From NCBI RefSeq assembly GCF_006345805.1, contig NC_043010.1, positions 14,074,001-14,138,000 on the forward strand: DNA of 64,000 nt, given 5' to 3'. The translations under genes were made by a program, and so were the position numbers. Source of the stretch: Octopus sinensis. Lineage: Eukaryota. Each line of letters begins with the position of its first letter. Within the stretch, counting starts at the first letter, position 1. The notes under the pieces are model-generated. The model did not search any database. It saw only the letters and a list, made by a program, of their open reading frames with translations, and had not been told where the DNA came from. Positions 49,300 through 63,624 of this stretch are shown here, in pieces.

Positions 49300-52060
49300 T
49301 AAAGCACACCAAGGAATTCAAATGCTGCCATGGTTGACTTTGTCTTTCATCCTTTCAGGGTCGTTAAATTAAGTACCAGTTACACACTGGGGTCAACGTA
49401 ATCAAAATTACTGGCCTTGTGCCAAAATTTGAAACCAGTATTAAGTATGCTAGGCCAAATACTTAGCAGCAGTCTACTTGTCTTCCTATTCTGAGTTCAA
49501 ATTCTGTCGAGGGCAACTTTGCCTGTCATCCTTTTTGGGGTCGATAAAAATAAGTACCAGTTGAACCCTGGGGTCAATGTAATTGACTTACCCTCCTCCC
49601 TTGAAATTACTGGTCTTGCGCTAAAATTTGAAACGAATATTCTTTTCTACTTTAGGCACAAGGCACGAATTTTGAGGGGGCAGCAGTCGATTAGATCGAC
49701 CCCTGTATGCAACTGGTACTTAATCTATTTAAGGCGGCGAGCTGGCAGAAACGTTAGCATGCTGGGCGAAATGCTTAGTGGTATTTCATCTGCCGTTATG
49801 TTGTGAGTTCAAATTCCGCCAAGGTCGACTTTGCCTTTCATCCTTTCGGGGTCGATAAATTAAGTACCAGTTACGCACTGGGGGTCGATGTAATCGACTT
49901 AATACCTATGTCTGTCCTTGTTTGTCCCCTCTGTGTTTAGCCCCTTGTGGGTAATAAAGAAATAGGTACTTAATCTATCAACCCCAAAGAGATGAAAGGC
50001 AAAGTCAACCTCGGTGGAATTTGAACTCAGAACGTAAAGATAGATGAAATACTGCTAAGCATTTTGACTGGCATGCTAACGATTCTGCCAGATTGCCACC
50101 CTAAATTTGAAGCCAATATTACCACAATGGGCAAAATGCTTAGTAGCATTTCACTGTCTTCCTATTCTAAGTTCACATTAATCCACTCCCTTGAAATTGC
50201 TGGTCTTGTGCCAAATTTTAAACCCATTATGTTCGTCTTCACATTCTGAGTTCAAACGTCGCTGAGGTCAATTTTGCCTGTCGTCCCTTTTGGGGTTGAT
50301 AAAATAAGTACCAGTTGAACACACTGAATATAAAAATGCTCTCTCTCTATCTCCTACAAGTCTCACATACATCTTAAAAGATTATTTACACTGAAAGCCC
50401 CCTCCCCCTTGTTTAAATATTGTAGAGAAGGATTAAAGTCTATAAAACCTCAATGTGGTTTAAATAAGAAAGTAAAGATATTCGTATCATATTAACATGC
50501 GGGGAAAAAAGTGAAAGAATCCCTTGATAGACTGTTTCAATGTTGACTACTTTAAGAGATGTACCTGTTTCCATTATTTATTTAATAACACAGATCAGGT
50601 ATTATACATAGCATTAAAGGATAGCGTAATATACATATTTGTATATTTGATGGGTATTATTCGAAGAATCAACCACGCATCAAAAGCATAAGAAAAATGT
50701 GTTTACATTCTTATTTAACAGTCGTGTGGCTTTGAAGCATTTAACCCTTTAGCATTCAAACCGGTCATATCCGGCCAAAATATTTAACCTGTTTTATATT
50801 GAAACTGACCAGCTCTCGCCTCTCACCTCAGCCCTACCATGTCATTCTAAAACTAAAAAATCACATCACTGAAATATCTAAACTACAAGATAATGCATGA
50901 TTAATTCAAACCATTTTAAATAAACAAACATCACATTTGACAGAATAATCTGAACACTAAAGGGTTAAAGTTATTAAATGCTCTCCCTCCCCTGACATTG
51001 CTGGCTTTGTGTCAAAATTTGAGACCAATATTTATGGTGATGGAATGGTAGAGACATTTGGAGTGCTGGGTTAGCTGCTTTGCGACAGTTGTTTGAGTTC
51101 AGCTTTGCTTAGTCTTTATTGTTACAGAATAAGTCAGTAAAAGAAGTCTTGTCAAAAGTCAATTCAGTTGCTTATATTCCTAAAAACTGATGGCTGTGTA
51201 CCAAAATTTAGAAACATTTGATATTATTATTACTACTACTACTATTGTCAGCGCAGTGGGTTAACAGGATCAGCTGTGTCAAACAAAATGCCTTGAGTAA
51301 TTTATTCTGGCTCTTTACACTCTGAGTTCAAATCTTGTTGTGGTCAACATTATTTTTCATTCTTCTAAGGTCAATAAAGTAAGAACCAGTTAAGTACTGG
51401 GCTATACCAGTCTTCCAAAATTTCTGGCCTTGTGCCTGTGTTAGAAATTATCATTATTATTATTATAATTATTATTATTATTATTTAGGCAGCAAGCTGG
51501 CAGAATCATTAGCACACCAGACAAAATGCTGCTAAGCATTTTGTCCATCTTTGCATTCTGAGTTCAAATGCTGCCATGGTCGACTTTGTCTTTCATCCTT
51601 TCAGGGTCAATAAATTAAGTACCAGTAAAACGCTGGGGTCAATGTAATTCGACTAGTCCCCTCCCCCCAAGTTTCAGGCCTAGTGCCTTTAGTAGAAAGG
51701 ATTATTGTTATTATTATTATTATTAAGGCGGTGAGCTGGCTGAAACATTAGCACATCAAGCGAAATGCTTAGCGGTATTTCGTCTGCCGCTACGTTCTGA
51801 GTTCAAATTCCTTGCGGGGTCGATAAATTAAGTACCAGTTGCGCACTAGGGTCAATGTAATCGACTTAATCCGTTTGTCTGTCCTTGTTTGTCCCCTCTG
51901 TGTTTAGCCCCTCGTGGGTAGTAAAGAAATAGGTATTTCATCTGTCCTTACGTTCTGAGTTCAAATTCTGCTGAGGTTGACTTTGCCTTTAATCCTTTCG
52001 GGGTCAATAAATTAAAAACCAATTGCCCCCTCCCAAAATTTCAGGCCTTTTCTCTGTTAA
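49300..52060 (+). mobile_element. Second cluster of mostly co-oriented SINE A fragments
   Basis: Same A/B-box and TAAGTACCAG modules with (ATT)n spacers as at 540-3690, interrupted by a MITE. Confidence 0.75.
50745..50964. mobile_element. TTAA-flanked piggyBac-type MITE family G. Also 52812-53013; degenerate copies ~16690-16915 and ~60540-60750
   Basis: TTAA|CCCTTTAG ... CTAAAGGG|TTAA. Confidence 0.82.
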
Positions 52061-53734
52061 TGAATTAGTTATATCTTGAAAATGTACAAATAACTGAGAT
52101 TAGCAAAATGTTTTCAAAGAACATTATTTATTTGTGACAGAAATGTGTTGATAGACACAAGGGAACGCCTGAATCCTTTGTTATATTCTGTTGTGTGTTT
52201 TTGTTTTTTTTTTATTAACTGTTTCATTTCAAATTTCCCCAAAGTCAACCTTGTTTTTTGCGCAAACTAACAATCAGTCTTGAAATGTTTAAATTGTCTT
52301 TTCACTGCATATGTACTTCTTATCCGAAACTTCTGAACTTAGTTGTATTATTTTTAATGGTTCAGACCACCACGAGGATTTTTTTTGCGCATGTGGCTTT
52401 TTTTTTTTTTTTTTCAACCCTTATTCTGTTTTAATGAGCCACAATGGTTTTTAGGTTAAGGTGTATGAGTTCAAATCTTAATGTACAGCTATTGTACTGT
52501 CACATAAAGTAAGAGATGTAAACCCTGTTTCCTATAGTTTAGTTGAGTGGATGCAAACATCTACCCCCACCCCACCTCTGTGTCTTGCCAATTCCTTGTT
52601 GAAGGGCTATTGACAGGATGGGTGTCATCCAACAAAGAAAACCATTTCGTCTGTTCAAGTAGGAGACTACCACAGCAAGTACAAAAGCTGCAGGTGTGGA
52701 ACCAACTGTGGGTGCAGATCTTGGTGGTAGCAGCAAATACTGTAAAAAAAAAATACTGTAAAAAACAATAAAATTGTATCAGAATTCTTCTTCTCTAAAA
52801 GTTTACATTAACCCTTTAGCATTCAGATTACTCTGTCAAATGTAAACCCTGTTTAATCACATTGTTTTAAATTAATTGTACAGCATCTTGTAACTCTGAG
52901 ATTTCGATGATGACCCTGTTTATTTTTAGAATGACTTTGTAGGGTAGGTGTGAGAGGTCAGAGCTGGCTGGTTTGAGCATAACACAGAAAAGGCCGGTTT
53001 AAACACTAAAGGGTTAAACAATCAGTGTATCACATGTATGAGACACATCTTGAACCAACAAGGAACTCTCCATGTGGTGATTCATCAAACTAGAAATAGC
53101 TGCCCAATTTCACTTGAATAACTCTTCCATATTAAATAAGGAAGGACACTCTTAAAAAGATGGGATGGTCGTGGATGGAATGTCTCCAATCATAGTGCTC
53201 CTCAATCAAGCTTGATCTGGAGATAAAGAAATCAAATCATCACATTTACTGATCTATTAAATTCTCTCACAAATTCCCTGTTTCACAATAACAAACTTGT
53301 TTAACCCTTTCGTTACTGTATTTCTGTTGAGATGCTCTGTGTTTCTTTCAATTACTTTAAATATAACAAAGAATTTAGTAAAATAACATAGTCATCATTC
53401 AGCTAGTGTTAGGAACATAAATTGTGACTAAGGTTTGGTGGAAAATTTTAGTTCAAAACTTATGAAAACAAGACATTTGTACCACAGAGCCAGACCCGGT
53501 TTCAGCCGGGTTGGTAACAAAAGGATTAAGTCATTTATGTTTCCCTGCAAACCCACTGGATTACATTACACATCTGTAGAATCACCTTTTTGAATGGAGT
53601 GTCTTTTTAAGGATAAGAAAAGTATCCTTTTCAGGATCAAATGCCAGTTGATACATTTAACTGCCAATTATCCAGCATTGGTAGGACCAGGAGAGTGCTG
53701 GATTAGTGATTTTGCCAGATTATTGATTATTGAT

Positions 53735-53850
53735 TGTGTCTTTGACTCACTGTCAGCAAAGAAACAGAGTAACGTCTTTCTGCTTTTTTATGTCGTAAAC
53801 TGTCAAAGATCCAATGTTGTATAATTCGCATAATCTTTTATGGACAATTG
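53735..53850 (-). pseudogene. Pogo/Tigger (CENP-B/Jerky-like) transposase N-terminal HTH relic
   Basis: KRLCELYNIGSLTVYDIKKQKD then, after a frameshift, LLCFFADSES. This resembles the Tigger/Jerky ...YGIG.TTIYDLKKQKDKLL.F.A.SD segment. Confidence 0.6.
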
Positions 53851-56800
53851 TACGGTATTTACACTTTACACCACAAGAAGCACTTCCTCTCTGCATTGGA
53901 ATCATTGCTGGGGCTAAAAATGAAAAAGGTATAATATCCACCCGTCTAACACCCGTGGACATATTTACAAAGTCAAAAAACAGCACAGCTCCCATGACTT
54001 CAGGAAACATTTTTTCACGCTGAGAGTTGCTGAAGCATGGAACAAGCTGCCGGCATCGGTTGTTAGTTGTCGGAGCTCTGCATCCTTCAAAACTTCCATG
54101 CTTCCTGAGATTCGCCAACACTACACCTGATTTTCTCCCCTCCATACACACACAAGCGTGTATCTGACTCGTACATTGTTCACTTTCCAGACATTTGTAC
54201 ATTACTGCATGTACTCTATACGCACTTTCTGACAAGTTGTGGTGCACCTGAGCACTGTATACTATAATTTCATTATTATAAATGAAAAAAAGCCCAAACT
54301 GGAAAGGCCTGCCTTTGTTCACAAATGATGCAAGTGTGTTTATGCAGCAAAGACCAACAACAAATCATAGCAGCAACCCAGGAAATTTGAAATTGTTCCA
54401 GCTGTAATTAATGCCAGATTACTGATTTTGTCAGATTAGTGGCAGTCTACTGTAATAGGGTAGTGAAGGCATGCAGCTTAGTGGTTAGGGTATCTGGCTC
54501 ACAATTGTATGGTCAAGAGTTTGAATCCCAATGATGCATTGGGTCCTTGAGTAAGACACTTTATTTCAAGTTTCTCCTATCTACTCAGCTGTAAAAAAAT
54601 GAGTTGTACCTGTATTTCAAAGGGCCAATCTTGTCACACTGAATCTCCTGAGAAGTACATTAAGGGTACACATATCACATGAAGGTGGCGAGCTGGCAGA
54701 ATCGTTAGCACGCCGGACGAAATGTGCAGCCATATTTCGTCTGCCGTTACGTTCTGAGTTCAAATTCCGCCAAGGTCGACTTTGCCGTTCATCCTTTCGG
54801 GGTCGATAAATTAAGTACCAGTTACACACTGGGGTCAACGTAATCGACTTAATACCTATGTCTGTGTTTAGCCCCGTGTGGGTAGTAAAGAAATAGGTAC
54901 ACATGTCTGTGGGGTGCTCTGCCACTTGCACATTACTTTCACGAGCAGGCTTATTTCATTGGTTGGAACACTCGCCATCGTAGCTGACTGACTGCAAATA
55001 ATAGTTAGAATAATGTGTCTTTCAGGGGTTATTTTACCACCATCTAAATCTTATTCATCCCAGCCCTTACTTATATACACTACACTTATTAGATCATAAC
55101 TGTCTCACACTGGCTTACACTTATATACACTCACTGGATCATACCATTCAGCTCCATAAGGATCACATTCTCACATCCACTGAATCCATCTCAGATCCAC
55201 AACACTGTGACATTTTATTTCCTAAAAATTGCGATTTTCTCTCAGAATATTAACCCTTGGGCATTCTGTCAAATGAAATGCTAATTTATTCATAGTTTTA
55301 AAACTTAATCTTGTAGCTTAACGATTTTGTAGTTGCAATCATTTATTTTTAGATTGACATTGCAGGGTATGTGTGAAAAGCTGCATATGGCTAATTTGAA
55401 CATATAACAGACTATTTGAGCCGGTTTGAATTCCATTAAAGGTGGTTTGAATTTAAAGGTGGTTATAGACCTATTTTGTGAAATATTCCTCTCGGTGGGC
55501 CGCATGAAAACCTATGGCGGGCCGTAGTTTGCTCACCCCTGGTTTAATATAACATTTTACCATTTCTACCTTTAATAATAATGATTTGTAAAAAAAATGA
55601 GATGTAAGAGTGGCTGTGTGGTAAGTAGCTTGTTTACCAACCACATGGTTCCGGGTTCAGTCCCACTGCATGGCACCTTGGGCAAGTGTCTTCTACTATA
55701 GCCTCGGGCCGACCAAAGCCTTGTGAGTGGATTTGGTAGACAGAAACTGAAAAGAATCCCATCGTATATATATATATGTGTGTCTGTGTTTGTCCCCCTA
55801 GCATTGCTTGACAACCGATGCTGGTGTGTTTATGTCCCTGTCAATAAGCGGTTTGGCAAAAGAGACCGATAGAATAAGTCCTGGGGTCGAGTTGCTCGAT
55901 TAAAGGTGGTGCTCCAGTATGGCCGCAGTCAAATGACTGAAACAAGTAACAGAGAGAGTATTATGGTTGATTGATGTTTTATAATTGGCTGTGGGGAAGA
56001 AAGCAACTCTGAAATATTAAGTGACTCCAGGAACATTGATATAAGGTTAGAAATTTGGTTAGGAGGGGTTAGTCTATTACATCAGCCCCCAGTACTTGAC
56101 TGAAATTTTATTTTGGCACGTAGCACCATCCGTTTGTGGCCTTTGCCAGCCTCGCCTGGCCTCGTGCCGATGGCACGCAAAAAGCACCATCCGTCCGTGG
56201 CCGTTTGCCAGCTCCGTCTGGCACCTGTGCGGGTGGCACGTAAAAAGCACCCACTACACTCACGGAGTGGTTGGCGTTAGGAAGGGCATCCAGCTGTAGA
56301 AACACTGCCAGATCAGACTGGGCCTGGTGCAGCCTTCTGGCTTCCCAGACCCCAGTTGAACCGTCCAACCCATGCTAGCATGGAAAGCGGACGCTAAATG
56401 ATGATCCTTACTTTGAAACATAAAAATAATCTTAGCGTTTGAATTCAGAATATAAAGAGCTAGAACAAATATCTCTTGGCATTTTTCCTTATTCTATAAC
56501 CAGTCTACCGAACCAGCATTCTCAGTCGTCTTCAGTGTCATTATTATTCAACATCTGTTGACCATGTTGGACAGTTTGACAGGTTCCAGTAAGTTGCAGA
56601 GCTGCACTGAGCTCCAGTTTCAGCTCTGATGTGGTTTCTACAGCTAGATGCCCTTCCTAATGCCAACTTCTTTACATTGTGTATTACTCTTTTACTCGTT
56701 TCAGTCATTTGACTGCGGCCATGCTGGAGCACCGCCTTTAGTCGAGCAAATCGACCCCGGGACTTATTCTTTGTAAGCCCAGTACTTATTCTATTGGTCT

Positions 56801-58684
56801 CTTTTGACGAACCGCTAAGTTACGAGGACGTAAACACACCAGCATCGGTTGTCAAGAAATGCTAGGGGGACAAACACACACACACATACATATATATATA
56901 TACATATATATGACAGGCTTCTTTCAGTTTCCGTCTACCAAATCCACTTACAAGGCATTGGTCGGCCTGGGGCTATAGCAGAAGACACTTGCCCAAGATG
57001 CCACGCAGTGGAACTGAACCCGGAACCATGTGGTTGGTTAGCAAGCTACTTACCACACAGCCACTCCTGTGCCTTCAACATTTAAATTGGAAACTTTTTT
57101 TTTTATTTGTGCCACCAGCTAAACCGTCAAGACAAAAAAAGAAAAAGGAAAAGCACACCCCTAATAAGTGATGGTGATGGTGGGGCTTTTTTTATGCCTA
57201 GGGTTGAACGGCAAAGGTATGATAGAGAGCATAAGTTAAGGTATGTTAAGGCGGCAAGCTGGCAGAAACGTTAGCACGCCGGGCAAAATGTGTAGCCGTA
57301 TTTCGTCTGCCGTTACGGTCTGAGTTCAAATTCTGCCGAGGTCGATTTTGCCTTAAATCCTTTCGGGGTCGATTAAATAAGTACCAGTTACGCACTGGGG
57401 TCGATGTAATTGACTTGATCTGTGTGTCTGTCCTTGTTTGTCCCCTCCTTGTGGGTAGTAAAGAAATAGGTATGATAGGGAGCATAGGTGTCTCACTATT
57501 AAAGAGAATGCATGGCTACCACACATATAGGCGTGGATGTGATTAGCTGTGAAAGAGAGAAAGATAGTAGTGATAGAATGACAGAGTAAACTTAAGGTAC
57601 AGGTAATCGAGTACTGTAGAGGATACAGACAGTGGGTCCAGAGAAGGGAGACTGGGTACTTTCAAAAGTGTGTGTAGGGAGAATAACTATTAGAAATGGC
57701 GGGTAGAGGAGATACAATACAGTTGATGGGAAATATCAATATGGAAAGGGGGCAAGGTGAGAGATAGAGGTACCTCAGGAAGGCTACATCAGATGATGCG
57801 TATGATGAGTAAGGTGCTGGAGTGGTGAGGAAGGAGATATGTAAGGGTACATAAGGGTGGTTATAGTGAGTGGTGTGTAATGGCATATGAGTGAGGTATT
57901 AATGGAATGTGACAGAAGCAAGAGACAAGTGAAGGCATAGAAGCAGGGTGAGTGATATGTGCTGATGCTGCCCTCGAGTGGTTACAGCTGCCAGGTAACA
58001 TCATAGATAAAGGAGCAATGGAAGACTGGGGGTTAAAGGAATGAGATGTGAGGAATCTTTGATAGCGCATAATAGTTCTAATTTTAGGGTAGGATATGTC
58101 AACACCAGTATTCAGTTATTTTATCAACCTTGAAAGGATTAAAAGTAAGGTTGACTTTGATGGGATTTGATCTCAGAATCTAAAGAGCCTGAGCAAATAC
58201 TGCAAATCATTTTTTCTAACCCTGCTAATTTAGTGATCTCAATAATATTGGTTTCAAATTGTGGCATAAGGCCAGCAAGTTAGTGGGCAGGGTATATCAA
58301 TTACATCAACCCCAGTGCTCAACCGGTACTTATTTTATTGACACCAAAATGATAGAAGGCAAGAATAATAATATTTATTTCAGATTTTGGCACAAGGCCA
58401 GCAATTTGGGGAAGAAGGTAAGTTGATTATGTCGAGCCCAGTGCTCAACTACTACCTATTTTATTGTCTTGAAAGACAAAGTCAGCCTTGGAATAATAAT
58501 ATTGATGATTAAAATTGATCATCAGTTACAAATAACTATAATCAAAACCCTAAGCTGAAATCTTGTCTTTGATACAGTGTATGTTGCATGGAAATCCTGG
58601 AATTGTTTGGAGTTCAAACTCCCTGTTACACTTTTAACAACACGAGAAAAACTGGAATTAAAGAAAAAACTCCTGATGATATCC

Positions 58685-59070
58685 GGGGGGGGGAGCACTC
58701 CATCGGTTACGACGACAAGGGTTCCGGTTGATCCGAATCAACGGAACAGCCTGCTCGTGAAATTAACGTGTAAGTGGCTGAGCACTCCACAGACACGTGC
58801 ACCCTTAACGTAGTTCTCGGGGATATTCAGCGTGACACAGAGAGTGACAAGGCTGGCCCTTTGAAATTCAGGTACAACAGAAACAGGAAGTAAGAGTGAG
58901 AGAAAGTTGTGGTAAAAGAGTACAGCAGGGATCACCACCATCCCCTGCCGGAGCCTCGTGGAGCTTTAGGTGTTTTCGCTCAATAAACACTCACAACGCC
59001 CGGTCTGGGAATCGAAACCGCGATCCTACGACTGCGAGTCTGCTGCCCTAACCGCTGGGCCATTGCGCCT
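58685..59070 (-). mobile_element. tRNA-derived SINE family D. Also ~34862-35152(-), 45595-45860(+)
   Basis: GGAGGCGCAATGGCCCAG.GGTTAGGGCAG..GACTCGCAGTC..GGTTTCGATTCCCAGACCGGG head plus shared body. Confidence 0.82.
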
Positions 59071-60205
59071 CCTGATGATATCCAGCTCCTCTCTCATTCT
59101 CTACAACTGTCATTTCTCACCATCTGACATATCCAGCCACCAAGAACTTAGGTACTACTGTTTGTGTTTTTGTTAGACTGATTTAATTTTTGAATGTTCC
59201 CTCTGGTATGTCAAACTGCTGAAGTTTGAGAATCCAAAGTTCTACTGCTTGTAGGTGCAGCGGCAAGTATGGCAATATGTTCGAGAAGTTCGTTCTGAAA
59301 TCACATAGTCTTCAGTTCAGTACCACTGTGTGAGCCTGATCCGAGCCTTGTGAGTGAAACAGAAATTTTGCTGAAGCCTGCTGGCTGGACTGTACCTGTT
59401 CTTGGGTGCTAGATTTAATTCATCATCTAGCACTACCAATTGGCCTTTCAGTGCCTTTAACCCTTTCGTTACCAACCCGGCTGGAACCGGCTCTAGCTCT
59501 GAGTACAAATGTCTTGTTTTCATAAGTTTTGAATTAAAATCTTCCACCAAACCTTAATCGCAATTTATGTTCCTAACACTAGTTTAACGATAACTAAGTT
59601 ATTTTACTAAATTTTTTGTCATATTTAAAATTAATTGAAAGAAACACAGAGCATCTCAAAATAAATACAGTAACGAAAGGGTTAATTGTGTTCAATCTGT
59701 TGTATGCTATTTGAACCAGGTTCTCAATCTGTGGATAGCTTAATATTCTGAGCTGCTGTTTCCTTCTGCACCAACCTGGAAGTCAAGGGGTTATTCTTTC
59801 CTTTATCCAAAATGTCATAGGATCTTACCTCCTCTAATCTATATAAAAAAAAAAAACAAAGTATATATATCTAATATATCTGACTGTATTTTATTTATTT
59901 AAGCTGTGTAACTGATGTATATATGTTAAATTTTATATTCTGTGTGTGTGTGTGGAGGCACATGGCTTAATGGTTAGAGTGTCAGCATCATGATCGTAAG
60001 ATTGTGGTTTCGATTCCTGGACCGGGCGACGCGTTGTGTTCTTGAGCAAAACACTTCATTTCACGTTGCTCCAGTCCACTCAGCTGGCAAAAATGAGTAA
60101 CGCTGCGATGGACTGGCGTCCCATCCAGCTGGGGTACACATACGCCATTGAAACCGGGAAACCGGGCCCATGAGCCTGGCTAGGCTTTAAAAGGGCGCAA
60201 AAAAA

Positions 60206-60255
<50 letters not shown>

Positions 60256-62067
60256 GAAATATGTTACGAAAAGAAAATATAAAATACACGTGGAAATGTA
60301 AGGGTAAAATATGAAAAATCAACGAAAATGCATATTGCAAATAGAAAAAGGCTATTTATGACAAGTAATGACAAATATATACATTTAGATTGACTGAGGT
60401 AGTAATACAAGTCATAAAAGTCATTATTATGAGATGATTATAAGATGATAATAAAGTAAGGGAACAAAACGGACCATGGTTTACGCTAAGCTATTCATCG
60501 TTGGGGATACATACATATATATATCCCCTATAATTGAACTATTCGGCATTCAGATTACACTATCAAATGTAACATTAAACCCTTTTTTAATTAATCATGC
60601 ATTATTTCATAGCTTTGAGATATTGATGACATTTGTTTATTTTTAGAATGACATTGTAGGGTAGGTGTGAGAGGCCGGATCTAGCCAGTTTGAACATAAA
60701 ACAGGTAGAATCTTCAGGTGTGATACAACTGGTTTAAATGCTAAAATATTAAAGGTCACACCTTGATATTCTAATTCCACCTCAAAAATAAGTTAAGTCT
60801 GTAGAGTATTCGTTGAATCAGCTGCCAATTCAATGAGCAGGTGATTCAGTTAATTAAACACCTAAACAGTCAAAATTTAGGTTAATTAAACAACTGAACA
60901 GTCATTGTCACAATTAACAAATCCATTCACTTTATGTACATATCTATCGACTTTATTTAACTTTTTAATTAGTTTGAGGAAGATGGATCAATGCCCATAG
61001 CCTTTTTTGGTTCCAATACACGGCTAACGAGCAGTTTGAAATTTGTGTGGGTGGGTGGAGTTTCATGAAGAAGGATTGAGAAATTTACCACAAAATCACA
61101 AATTCTTGAGGGAAAGACACAGTTGAATAAGGCTGTTTCATATCCCTAGATTTATTTATTTGACATCCAACCCCCAAATAACTCCAAAAGTTAAAATGCA
61201 TGGCTGGCTTCAGCAGAAACTGAACTTTAAATCTAAAAGTTACAAATACTCTGAGTTTTATTATTTTTTTTATTTTTACTTATTTATATTTTATCTTGGT
61301 GTTAGATAATGAAGATTTCTTACATAGACACTAAGTAACATATTCTGGAGTCAGTGATTAAATTTAGTTGCTCAAATATAGGCGCAGGGGTGGCTGTGTG
61401 GTAAGTATCTTGTTTACCAACCACATGGTTCCGGGTTCAGTCCCACTGCGTGGCACCTTGGGCAAGTGTCTTCTACTATAGCCTCGGGCCGACCAAAGCC
61501 TTGTGAGTGGATTTGGTAGACGGAAACTGAAAAAAGCCTGTCGTATATATGTATATATATATATATATGCGTGTGTGTATGTTTGTGTGTCTGTGTTTGT
61601 CCCCCTAGCATTGCTTGACAACCGATGCTGGTGTGTTTATGTCCCCGTTACTTAGCGGTTCAGCAAAAGAGACCGATAGAATAAGTACTGGGGTTACAAA
61701 AGAATAAGTCCCGGGGTCGAGTTGTTCAATTAAAGGCGGTGCTCCAGCATGGCCGCAGTCAAATGATGGAACAAGTAAAAGAGAGTAAAAACTCTTTGTT
61801 ATCTCACTAGTAAATTTTATCACCCCTTCCCCCAACAGTCCCTGAAAATAAAACAATCGGCAATCTTAGTTGGTCTTGAATTCAGGGTCTAAAGACCAAA
61901 AAAAAAGGGTTCTCCTTATTAATTATTGGATAATGATGATGTTGATAATAGTAATGTTTTTTTAAGTGATACTGTAACAAGATTTTGAAGTTGTTGGTAT
62001 GTAATGGAGAAAATTCAGACTTATTGCAGTAATTTTCATTTCTATTTATTGTATATATATATACGTA

Positions 62068-63332
62068 CAGGGGTTGGACAAAATAATGGAAACACCTTAG
62101 AATTTCAAACAAATTTATTTTAATGATAATGATGATGATGATGATGATGGGGTAGGACCACCTTTCGCAGTAAGTACAGCTTGAATTCTATGAGGTATAG
62201 ATTCGTACAGTTTGAATTGTTTCCAAAGGAATTTTTGTCTTCAGCTAAAACAGTCTCCAGTTCTTGTAGTGATGATGGTGGAGGATATCAACTCCTTACT
62301 TGTTTTTCTAAAATGCACCATAAATGTTCAATAATATTGAGATCTGGGGACTGTGGTGGCCAGATACGATGTTCAACATCACTAGAATGTTCCTCATGCC
62401 ATTCAGTAACAACTTTAGCTGTGTGAATTGGTGCATTATCATCCTGAAAGATTGCATTTCCCTCTGGATACAGTTCCTCAACCATAGGATGAATTTGATC
62501 AGATAAAATGCTTAAATAGTCTTGACTATTAATTCTTCCATGAAGGGAAACCATTAGGCCAGCGGATTTCCAAGATATAGCCTCCCAGAATCACATTTCC
62601 TTCTCCATGTTTAACAGTTGGAAGAAGGCAGTCTGGGTCAAATGCTTCTTTTGACTGTCTCCACACATATACTCTGTCAGTGGTCAGAAATAAGGTAAAG
62701 GAAGACTCCTCCAAGAAAATAACATTTTTCTACTGCTCTGGGGACCAATTCTGAAGGTTTTTACTCCACTCTAATTGCTTTGCAACGTTTGCTTTTGAAA
62801 GTAGTGGTTTTCTGATTGCTTTGTGCAGCTCCTGGTAAACAGTTTTTGTGGAAACTGGGTTCTCGAAGTGGTCGTTAAGGTCTGCAATAATTTTGGGAGT
62901 TGTACTTTTGTGATCCTTTCTAACAATTTGCGTAAGAGTCTGACAGTCCCTATCTGAAAGTTTTGGTTTTCTTCTGGAGTTTTGTTTCAACAAGAATGTT
63001 TTTCCCTCTTTCTTAAAGGCTGTCATTACTTTCGAGACAGTACGTCTTGATACACCAAACATTTTGGCTGTTTTCATTACGCTAGCACCTGCCATACGAG
63101 CACCAACAATTTGACCTCTTTGAAAGTCCGATAGAGCTGTCATCTTAATGAATTTTAATTACCTTTTTCTGATGATATCTGAAAACAAACAGCAATTTTA
63201 GCAAAACATATTAAGCAACAATAATAATAAATCAAAAAACATAAAAATAAACAAGCTTTTGACGGTTTTATAGATATTTCAAAATTATGATGCTATGATG
63301 CTAGGTGTTTCCATTATTTTGTCCAACCCCTG
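62068..63332 (-). mobile_element. Tc1-like DNA transposon copy 2, decayed transposase (ATG 63143), DD36E spacing
   Basis: Perfect 30-bp TIRs CAGGGGTTGGACAAAATAATGGAAACACCT, TA TSD; paired-like [22 protein letters not shown]..., [25 protein letters not shown]; several frameshifts. Confidence 0.93.
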
Positions 63333-63624
63333 TATAAGGCATCAATGTGATGAGGACTGAAGCTTCCATTGGAATGAATGCCAAGATATGGCTGTAGAGA
63401 TGCGAGTGTTTTGCGTGTTTCATTTGAGTGAGATGAGGATCTTTGTACAATGCAACACATCAACGAGGGCCAAACTCTTGACCACATGGGTTGCTGCAGA
63501 AGATACTGAGTGATTTAAATTTGGACGAATTGGGATTAAACTATGAACTATATTTTGTGTGTAGTAGTGAAACAGCAAAGCTCACTGCACACCCCTGTAA
63601 CAGTAATAATAATAATAATAATGG

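Noticed and set aside
53814-54023. Plus-strand ORF MLYNSHNLLWTIVRYLHF...
   Set aside because: It is the antisense of the Tigger-like HTH relic fused to a CR1 fragment; no recognisable product.
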